A DNA stretch of 59,122 nucleotides, the filler included. It is 3 parts of 3 records of this genome, joined end to end, with 100 filler letters (N's around TTAATTAATTAA, not from the genome) between each part and the next. Parts side by side here need not be neighbours in the genome. Positions count along the whole stretch, not along the records: positions 1 to 21,273 come from DRR723986_9350; 2 more parts are not named here. One strand, written 5' to 3'. The notes under the pieces are model-generated. The model was not told where the DNA came from and made no database searches. It saw only the letters and a program-made list of their open reading frames with translations. The translations under genes and the position numbers were made by a program. Position 1 is the stretch's first letter. Each line of letters opens with the position of its first letter. Positions 8,998 to 16,727 of the stretch are shown one piece after another.

Positions 8998-10443
8998 ATG
9001 AAATTGCGAGATCACGAAGAAGGCGCGCGGGAGTTAAAAACCAGCAGAACGGTTTTTAACAGCTTCTTTGCATTCCGCACTTTTGCTCAGTTCTCGATGC
9101 CTGTTAACAGCCTGGTCTGGCTGCTCGCCGTATTTGCACTTGCCACCCTGGCGGTTTCGGTGCTGGCCGCAGAACGCACCACGACTTTATTGTGGCCGGC
9201 GGCACTCTGGGATTTAAGTTTCGTGGCTGGGCCTCTGCTTGTTAATCTGACCACCTCCGTTTTGCTTACTTGCCTAATTTACTGGCTGGGAGGCGCAATC
9301 TTCGCTTTGCCGGCCACCTTCTCCGATGTTAACATTACGCCGCAAACTGTGCGCCAGCTTTTACTCTTTGCCGGCATTCCTCTGTATATATGTGGCATTG
9401 TTGGCGGATTTTGGATTTCGATCCTGGCGAGTATGTATTCGGATGCTTTGGGGCATAACGCGAATACATTCTCAGTGGAGGGCCCCGTGCATACGCTGGT
9501 GCAAATCTACGGCCCGCTCTACGCCGTTGTCATGTGGCTTAGTCTGGCCGAGTCTGTGCGCCGTTTTTATGTCGGTTACAGGGTCCTGGCGCCTGGCTCA
9601 ATTCATTCCTGGCTGTTCGGCCTGGTGGTTCCGATTGTGCTGCTGTGTATTACGCTGGCGCTGTTTTTGTTGCCGAGTCCACTTACCGAACGCATGGCGA
9701 ATAATCTGGAACGCGAATCCCACCGGGCGACTATGATGGATCTACCCGGCATTGAGACGATTCTGGTTAACAAAGCACTTTATGTGGTTCCGGAGGTGGA
9801 CAGCAAAAACTATCTGCGTTTTTACCCCCGCAGTCAAGAGTTTTTTGTGCGGAGTTTCATGGATAATGGCGAAGCAGGGCTGCGAATGCTGGACTCGCTG
9901 CTGCAGATGGTTCCGCAGGATTCACGTGCGGCAAACCAGATGCGGGCGCAGCTAGGCTGGCGGCGCGGTGACTACGACAGTGTTGCCGCGGCATATGAGA
10001 ATCTGATTGGCATAGACAGCACCGACGACTTTCACAGACGTTCACTTGTGAGCCTGCTGCTGGACCAGTCTTACACTACTTTCGATCCCGAAAAGGCCTT
10101 GCCACATGCGCTTAAACTGCGGCGGCGCACGGATTACCGGACCGATGAGTTACTCTTTGGCGTGTGCCGCTATCACGTGGGCGACTACCGCCAGGCATAT
10201 GCAATTCTACATCCGCTAATGATGCAGGATCAAAGGGACTCGCCAACCTTGTTTTACCTTGCGCTGACCTGCATGGAATTAAAACGCTACAAAATGGCTC
10301 GGCGTCTGCTGGACATGTCGATTAACAACGATCCACGCCATCAGAATTGGATAATCAACTATGGGCGCTCGATCAATGCAATCAAGGACAGTATTCAAAC
10401 GCTGATTGACGCTGATAAGCCGGGGGCTGAGACTGCTGGCTAA
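8998..10443 (+). CDS. Membrane protein: multi-TM N-domain plus TPR-like C-domain, paralog 2
   Basis: Colinear similarity to 7264-8886 (RQLLLFAGIPLY vs RHLLLFAGLPVY; ILHPLMMQDQRDSPT vs ILHPLMLTDQYDSPT). Confidence 0.7.
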   Translation: MKLRDHEEGARELKTSRTVFNSFFAFRTFAQFSMPVNSLVWLLAVFALATLAVSVLAAERTTTLLWPAALWDLSFVAGPLLVNLTTSVLLTCLIYWLGGAIFALPATFSDVNITPQTVRQLLLFAGIPLYICGIVGGFWISILASMYSDALGHNANTFSVEGPVHTLVQIYGPLYAVVMWLSLAESVRRFYVGYRVLAPGSIHSWLFGLVVPIVLLCITLALFLLPSPLTERMANNLERESHRATMMDLPGIETILVNKALYVVPEVDSKNYLRFYPRSQEFFVRSFMDNGEAGLRMLDSLLQMVPQDSRAANQMRAQLGWRRGDYDSVAAAYENLIGIDSTDDFHRRSLVSLLLDQSYTTFDPEKALPHALKLRRRTDYRTDELLFGVCRYHVGDYRQAYAILHPLMMQDQRDSPTLFYLALTCMELKRYKMARRLLDMSINNDPRHQNWIINYGRSINAIKDSIQTLIDADKPGAETAG

Positions 10444-11030
10444 GAATGGTGGCTGGGCCTTGAACGTGTCTCTGGTGACTGAGACTTCTGGCTGGTTCTT
10501 GTTGGCAGGCAATTTCTCAGAGGAAGACGTGCGGCTTGCGTCCAGGCCCGCGCCTTTATGATATTTTTGTTAGTCGCTGTTCCCCAAGTCGCCGGCCTTT
10601 GAGTTCGAAGTGGATGACGCCCTTGCGTCTACGATGTTGAATTCGGCCAACATGCCGGGCGCCAAAGATTTTTGGACTGCAGGCATTGTACACTGAAAAC
10701 AAGCATGCCGGACGGCAAAGACTTTAAACTGCAGGCATACATTCCAGACTAAAAACATGTAATTCTGGGGGCGGAAGTATTTACTGGAAGTTTGGGATTC
10801 AGTGCCAAACAAGAAACTCAAAAAGCAAGCCAACCAGCCGGGGGGCGCTGCAATCTGAAAGCGGACTGCCAAGAGCTTTAACCGGGATTGCCGATCCAAA
10901 TGAACAGGTCCGGGCGCTGCGAGACACAAACCCAAAACCGCTCAGAGAATTTTTATGACTGCGAATCGTTTAGTCAACAGCGGAGTTCTTGAAGATGTGA
11001 TGTCCGGCTGCGAAAGATGCGGAGTGAAGT

Positions 11031-12491
11031 ATGATGGTGTCGAGTCAAAAATTGGATGTGCTGCGGAACTTGCTCCTGGCGGTCCTTTGCCTGCTACTCC
11101 TGTCCGCGCCTGCCGCCTTGGCGCAGATGAAAGGTTATGAGCTGGAAGAAATCGAAGTCGAAGATGTTGAAGATTTGCGCGACTGGCTGGAAGACCCGAT
11201 CGATTTTGTAGATATAGTGCTGCAAGCCGGGGAATATCGCCTGATAGACAGCGAGATTGATGAAGATGCTGAAGCTGTTGAGGGCGCTGTGCCCGTGCTG
11301 CGACTCTCCGGTGAACGTCTCAATATTAGCGCCGCCGAGGATGCTTTGGTGACCCTGATTGTGGATGCGCGGCATGCGCTGGTATTTGAAAATTGCCGCG
11401 ATTGTTCGATCAGGAATGTTGTTATTAGAGTGATTCCAGGCGCATCGGAAAGTGATAGTACCAATCTAATTTCCGTGTTTAACAGCTCCGTATCAATCCT
11501 GGAAACCGAATTGCAGCTGGCCGATCGCCCAAAATCGGCAGATGAGTCGCAGGCAGATACAGCGTCGGAAGACCAGAACCCGGCGAGTCAAAATCCGGAC
11601 CAGGCTGGCACAAACGCCGCAAATGAGAAGTCAGTTCTCGTGCGTGAGGACGGCCCTCCGGGCGACGACGCAGCAAATGGCGTTCCGGAACTTGGCGGAG
11701 AGATGCCCCCGCCCGACTCGCCAAAAACACATGTTAACAGTGAATCGGTTGTTAACGCTATTCATGTGGGCAACGGCAGCCGGGTGACAATTAACGGAAA
11801 TGTGCTGCGCGCGTTTAATGGTGACGGGATTGTGGTAAGTGCTGCGGCACGCGCTAAAATTCGCGATAACGTGATAATTGGATCGCGCCTGGATTCCGGC
11901 GCCGCGCGTGGGCAGGGAACCGGAATGTTGATTCGCGATGAAGCTACGGCGCAGATCAAAAACAACCTGATTAAACACTGCTACAAGGGCATTGGGATTC
12001 GTGATGATGCCGATGCAATTGTTAAAGACAATGTACTTGAGTTTATGACGACCTGGGGAATTGCGCTGTGGCAGAGCGGGCCTAAAGCGCCTGTGGGTAT
12101 GATCCAGCACAATATAGTTTATCACACCGGCGCCTGTGGTGCATTGATTAGTTTAACAAATTTTGAAGATGGCCTGGGTCTGTTTAACGAGAATCTCCTG
12201 GTTAAAACCGGGCAGGATGAGCGGCTGGACGCTGCCGAACTTTTCTGTTATCAGACGGCGCTGGCGGTGCATGCGGCTCCTGAAGAATTTGAGTTTAGGG
12301 GGAACACACTTTTTGCGAATCGCGTGGGGGATGCAACGCTGCCGGATCAGGATTCGGACGGCCTGGAGTTTGAAGCCAGTTTGATGGAGTTTTGTGAGTT
12401 TTTTCAGCGCAAAAAATTGTTCGCTGAGGGCTCGATTTTTCTGAATACCCTCTGTGGGCACGAAGCTGGAATGTTTAATCGCGGCGAATAA
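11031..12491 (+). CDS. Secreted right-handed parallel beta-helix repeat protein
   Basis: Signal peptide (LLAVLCLLLLSAPAALA); repeated GI-x-I...I-x-x-N-x-I units (VTINGNVL, AKIRDNVI, QIKNNLI, IVKDNVL). Confidence 0.8.
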   Translation: MMVSSQKLDVLRNLLLAVLCLLLLSAPAALAQMKGYELEEIEVEDVEDLRDWLEDPIDFVDIVLQAGEYRLIDSEIDEDAEAVEGAVPVLRLSGERLNISAAEDALVTLIVDARHALVFENCRDCSIRNVVIRVIPGASESDSTNLISVFNSSVSILETELQLADRPKSADESQADTASEDQNPASQNPDQAGTNAANEKSVLVREDGPPGDDAANGVPELGGEMPPPDSPKTHVNSESVVNAIHVGNGSRVTINGNVLRAFNGDGIVVSAAARAKIRDNVIIGSRLDSGAARGQGTGMLIRDEATAQIKNNLIKHCYKGIGIRDDADAIVKDNVLEFMTTWGIALWQSGPKAPVGMIQHNIVYHTGACGALISLTNFEDGLGLFNENLLVKTGQDERLDAAELFCYQTALAVHAAPEEFEFRGNTLFANRVGDATLPDQDSDGLEFEASLMEFCEFFQRKKLFAEGSIFLNTLCGHEAGMFNRGE

Positions 12492-12530
12492 ATCACCGGC
12501 CACTCACCGCAGAAATTGGACTGATTTTGC

Positions 12531-13112
12531 ATGCAGACTTCTTTGTGGTTACTGCCGGAGCGGGCTTCCGCTGCCAAATTTCAGGCATTGATTAACGACT
12601 TTGGCAGGCAATTTGGCGGCCCCGGATTTGCGGCGCACCTTACAATTGTTGGGCAGTGCTGCAGGCTGGGCCCTGCTGATATTCGCGCTATTGCTGAGCA
12701 GTTTGTACCGCTGGACCTGGAGACTGCTGTGTTGGAGACCGGCAGCGCGTACTTCCAATCGCTGTACCAGACATTCTATCCGGCTCCCGGGCTGATAGCG
12801 CTGCGCAGCGCAGTCCTTGAATTCTGTGCGCGGCGGCCAGGCTCCGAGGTTCAAACTCCGCCGGATGCTCATGCGGCGCCAGCACCGGATTTAACAAAAC
12901 AGAACACAAAAACTTACGATCCGCATCTCAGTCTGTTTTACGGCAGGCCAGATGCCTCGCAGCATGCTCAAATGCTGTGCAAAAGTGCTGAGCAGTTGAT
13001 CGGTTCACAATCTGGAATGCCGGTCCGTTTTGACGGCCTGGCGCTTGTGGAGACCGCCGACAAGAATGTTAACAATTGGAAAGTTGCGGAGGAATACCGT
13101 CTGCGCCAATAG
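12531..13112 (+). CDS. 2H phosphoesterase (cyclic phosphodiesterase / 2'-5' RNA ligase superfamily)
   Basis: Two H-x-T/S motifs (AHLTI, PHLSLFYG); CPDase-like N-terminus SLWLLP. Confidence 0.85.
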   Translation: MQTSLWLLPERASAAKFQALINDFGRQFGGPGFAAHLTIVGQCCRLGPADIRAIAEQFVPLDLETAVLETGSAYFQSLYQTFYPAPGLIALRSAVLEFCARRPGSEVQTPPDAHAAPAPDLTKQNTKTYDPHLSLFYGRPDASQHAQMLCKSAEQLIGSQSGMPVRFDGLALVETADKNVNNWKVAEEYRLRQ

Positions 13113-13209
13113 CCAAGCATGTAGCCAATAGCTGCATTCAAACGTGAGAACGGTATACGCGATGATGAGTTAAGATCAGTCTGCATGGAAAGCAGACTTT
13201 GAGTCGGGA

Positions 13210-13830
13210 TTAATCAAAGAAGAGATTGAGATCAAGTTCAGCACTGCCGGGGCTGGTGTTTGAAGGCAGCGGAATTCCCAGATCAAACTGGACTTGCACA
13301 CGCAGATGTGATTCGTCGTTTGCAGGGCGCGAAAATGTCAAGTCTGCCGGCACATATTGTGTGACAGTTGCTGAGCCGGGATAGTTTTCAATTGGGCGGA
13401 AGACCACGCGCAGGAAGCTGGAGCCTTCTGGTTGCGCGTTAATTGTTTTGTTGCCGACGGTATTGATTCCACCGAGGCGAAGCTCGATTTCGGTGATTCC
13501 ATAAATCGTGAAAGCGTCCTGGGAGCGCAGGACCATGTCGGTGTGAATATGCCGGTCACCGTTGTCCTGAATCATCAGAAATATCTCGGAACTGCGCGTA
13601 TTGTAGCGCCAGTCACGCCGGGCGTAGGCGTCACCACCGTCACCATATCTGACGCGTGCAATTTCCGTGATGGGAAGTTCGATGCGCGAGGGAAAGACTT
13701 GCGAGGACTCCTGATGATTGAGCGTGCTGTCAATTTCGCTCACAACTTCCTTGCGAGGCGTCTCGATTTCAAGCGAGGAGCCACAGCCGGCGAGCCAAAT
13801 GATTGATATCAGGAATAGTGCTTCTTTCAT
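13210..13830 (-). CDS. Hypothetical lipoprotein
   Basis: Lipobox LAGC at aa 13-16; beta-rich body; co-oriented with the ECF operon. Confidence 0.75.
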   Translation of the reverse strand: MKEALFLISIIWLAGCGSSLEIETPRKEVVSEIDSTLNHQESSQVFPSRIELPITEIARVRYGDGGDAYARRDWRYNTRSSEIFLMIQDNGDRHIHTDMVLRSQDAFTIYGITEIELRLGGINTVGNKTINAQPEGSSFLRVVFRPIENYPGSATVTQYVPADLTFSRPANDESHLRVQVQFDLGIPLPSNTSPGSAELDLNLFFD

Positions 13831-13839
13831 GGGTTAATC

Positions 13840-14496
13840 TCAGAATTTGAGGCTTATCGTTCCCTCTAATTCATAACTCAGGGCCGGCACGGAGCCTTGG
13901 ATGGCTGTGCTGAAAGTAATCTCGACCTGGCGCGAATCACCAAAATCGTCCGGCAGCTCAACTTCTTGCATCTCAATCACAAACTCTTCCAGATGATCTT
14001 TCAGAGTTGCCTGACCGTTCAGGTCGATGTGATATTTGAGATCGATGAATGACGGGTCTTCGGCGGATGCATGCGTTGAAAAACAGCTTTTGACGGTACC
14101 GGTCTGCATGCGCTCCAGGCGCAGGTGCATTTTGCTCAAAGATACCAGCGATGAAGCGCTGCTATTAGCCGGAATGTTAACCAATTGCAAGTCGGCCGTG
14201 CAGATCGTTTCACCGTCGAGCGTATCGATTGTGAATACTTTTCTGGCGGCGTCGTGGTTCCACATCCAATTGTCGGTTTGGTTGCCATGCACAAACTCGG
14301 AGACTAAAACATTTACCTGTGTTTCAATTGGCGAGATAACTGAGGGATTGCGTTTTGAGGGCGTGTCAAGCTCGGTTGCGGATTCACATCCAGCCATCGT
14401 CAGCATTCCCAGCAGCAGCATGGCGCTTGTCAGGAATTTCCCGGCGGAAAAAATCCTGGTAATTGTCGGGACGATATTTGTATTGCTTGGAAACAT
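13840..14496 (-). CDS. Hypothetical lipoprotein (divergent paralog of 13210-13830)
   Basis: Lipobox MAGC; start uncertain. Confidence 0.72.
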   Translation of the reverse strand: MFPSNTNIVPTITRIFSAGKFLTSAMLLLGMLTMAGCESATELDTPSKRNPSVISPIETQVNVLVSEFVHGNQTDNWMWNHDAARKVFTIDTLDGETICTADLQLVNIPANSSASSLVSLSKMHLRLERMQTGTVKSCFSTHASAEDPSFIDLKYHIDLNGQATLKDHLEEFVIEMQEVELPDDFGDSRQVEITFSTAIQGSVPALSYELEGTISLKF

Positions 14497-14535
14497 AAAA
14501 CTCTATATCACACTTTCCGATCTATTGTGATCACG

Positions 14536-15918
14536 TTACAGTCGATACGAGACGCCGTAGTTGAGATTTATTTTGCCTGAGTTAAACATCTGTTGTTCTT
14601 CCCAGAAGAGCAGATGTGAATATTCGGCTCCAACGAAGAGGCTCATACGGCTGTCATCCGGCGTAAAGCGCAAACCCGCCGCCGGTTTAAGTACGCTGCC
14701 AAAGAAGTTAAAACCAAGCGTCATCTGCGCGTAGGGCGCAATGACTGCATCGTTGGCCGTCAGAGGATAGTAACGGCCAGTAATGCCACCCCAGAAGAGG
14801 CGTGGTTTTTGTTCGTACTCCGTGCGGCGTCCGTCGATTTCATTGCGGTAAAACACCTGTGAAAAGACTTCCTGGCCAAAACTAACACCAAACTCAAAAT
14901 TGTCTTCGATTGGCAGCATCATGGATGCCGACATCTCATTAAACCAGGGATCGCCGGTTGAATTAACATCGGCTTCCTGGAAGAATTTGGCGTCACCGTT
15001 TCCGCGCAGTTCAAATTGGAACCTGGGAATACTGGAAGTCTCGATTGCGGTCATTTCAGCAAATGCTGTTGGAATCGATTCCAAATCGTTAAAACTGTTT
15101 CGATCACTGTAATGCCCATTCTGAATCGCATCGGCCAGATGAGTTCCAGAAGCGGCTGATGCCGCTAAAGCATTTGAGAGCGAAATAGTTTCAAGTTCTG
15201 TGGCTGGGCTGCTGGGAGTGTGGTTGTGGGCATCAGAAGCGAGAGCATCCTGCTGACCATTTGAATAGGGGAGTGCCGTACCGGCAATATTTTCTGAATT
15301 GAAGTTTGATTGTTGAAGTTGGGAGTGTGGGTTTCGATTGGCTGGAGCAGTTTTGCCGGCGGAGTTAGCTTGTGCAGCCGTCACCGAAGCAAGTGCTGCA
15401 GAGGCATTAAGTTGCTCAGCCGCAGCTGCTGTGCCGAAGGTGAATCCTGCGGGCACGTTCATGGTGAATTCCACCGCTGCAGGTTCAGCGGACTGCCGAC
15501 TGCCTAGAGTGGCGTCAGCGTCAGGTCGCGCCTGCGGAATCACCAGACCAACAAATACCAGACTTGTCAGGAGCGCTGCTCCTGCAAAAACGCCGATCAT
15601 CTGTGCCAGACCGAAACCGGCGGCACCTGCGGATGCAGTTGTGCCGGTGGCGGAAGTGGCGGCGGCTGCGCCGCCTGCCAGAGCTGCACCACCGGCGGCC
15701 GGTGCTGCAAACCCTAACTGCGAGAAGATGGCATTTGTGCTGGTGGCCGACGGCAGGAAAGCAGCTTTATCAGCTTCCACGGCGCGGCGCATCTCCAGCA
15801 TGTCTTTCATTTCCAAACGGAGGTTCTCATCCCGCTGAAGCGCACCAAAAAGGGTGTCTTCATGCATGGAATCCAACTCACCATCCAGAAAGTCATGAAG
15901 CAGTTCCGAATAGTCCAT
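14536..15918 (-). CDS. Putative anti-sigma factor with TM helix, low-complexity linker and C-terminal outer-membrane beta-barrel-like domain
   Basis: Anti-sigma-type N-terminus LLHDFLDGEL; TM MIGVFAGAALLTSLVFVGLVI; amphipathic strands ending in LNYGVSYRL; directly downstream of the ECF sigma. Confidence 0.75.
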   Translation of the reverse strand: MDYSELLHDFLDGELDSMHEDTLFGALQRDENLRLEMKDMLEMRRAVEADKAAFLPSATSTNAIFSQLGFAAPAAGGAALAGGAAAATSATGTTASAGAAGFGLAQMIGVFAGAALLTSLVFVGLVIPQARPDADATLGSRQSAEPAAVEFTMNVPAGFTFGTAAAAEQLNASAALASVTAAQANSAGKTAPANRNPHSQLQQSNFNSENIAGTALPYSNGQQDALASDAHNHTPSSPATELETISLSNALAASAASGTHLADAIQNGHYSDRNSFNDLESIPTAFAEMTAIETSSIPRFQFELRGNGDAKFFQEADVNSTGDPWFNEMSASMMLPIEDNFEFGVSFGQEVFSQVFYRNEIDGRRTEYEQKPRLFWGGITGRYYPLTANDAVIAPYAQMTLGFNFFGSVLKPAAGLRFTPDDSRMSLFVGAEYSHLLFWEEQQMFNSGKINLNYGVSYRL

Positions 15919-15957
15919 AGCAGAAATACGTGTGTTAGAGGAAGCAGGCGCTCCGGC

Positions 15958-16518
15958 TTAATGCGCCAGGTCCTCGAGATATGGAGTGAGTATGTTCCGA
16001 ATTTTTTGTTTGGCTCGGAACACCCGCGTTTTCACGGCCGAGACGGAGTCTCCGACGATGGCCGAGATTTCTTTATACGACAGACCATCGTATTCACGAA
16101 GGACAAATGCCTCGCGGTATTCAAATTCAAGCAGTTCGAGTGCTGTCGCGATCAGGTCGAGCAGCTCGGCGCGCTCGTGAGAGTGCGGCTTGGTAGAGAA
16201 GTGGAAATTTTCAATCGTGACCGTGTCACGTTTATCGCGTTTGTAGTTGAGGCACAGGTTGCGCGCTATGCGAAGTAGGAAGCCCGGCACGTTGGTCATA
16301 TTCCTATCGACCTGAGCGCTCTTGTAAAAGCGCAGGAAGGTCTCCTGGAAAAGATCCTCAGCCTGTTCCATATTCCCGACTACACGCAGGCAGTAGGCCT
16401 TGATACGTGGGGAATACCTGTTGTACAACTCGCCAAACGCCGCTTCCGATTTTGCCTTGGATCCTCGCAACATTGCAAAGAGCCGTTCGTCCGAATATTG
16501 CTCGATGTTTCCGTTCAT
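15958..16518 (-). CDS. ECF-type RNA polymerase sigma-70 factor
   Basis: AFGELYNRY, AEDLFQETF, LLRIARNLCLN, REAFVLREYDGLSYKEI, VKTRVFRAK; start set at ATG 16518 (MNGNIEQ). Confidence 0.93.
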   Translation of the reverse strand: MNGNIEQYSDERLFAMLRGSKAKSEAAFGELYNRYSPRIKAYCLRVVGNMEQAEDLFQETFLRFYKSAQVDRNMTNVPGFLLRIARNLCLNYKRDKRDTVTIENFHFSTKPHSHERAELLDLIATALELLEFEYREAFVLREYDGLSYKEISAIVGDSVSAVKTRVFRAKQKIRNILTPYLEDLAH

Positions 16519-16574
16519 GGTAATTCCACCCGCACTGTTTCTTCTCCATCCGCTACATTGTCCGATGTAGACAG

Positions 16575-16600
16575 TAACACAAGAGAGCAAAATAGGTGCA
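16575..16600 (-). promoter_or_regulatory. Possible ECF-type autoregulatory promoter TGCAC-N17-GTTA
   Basis: Spacing resembles (G)AAC-N17-GTT ECF promoters; about 60 nt upstream of the sigma start; speculative. Confidence 0.25.
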
Positions 16601-16727
16601 CAATTATTTTTACACACGCTAGTTTTCTGACTCTGTAACGCTTGCAAACAGGCAGTGTTAGTGCTGGCTGCAGTGCCGCGTGTATTTTACGGCGCATTAC
16701 AATTCGACGAGCCCTGAGGTAGTAAGA

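Noticed and set aside
10570-10935. 121-aa ORF or possible riboswitch in the long intergenic gap
   Set aside because: No protein motif or RBS; only a short GGGCGCTGC duplication and no recognisable aptamer
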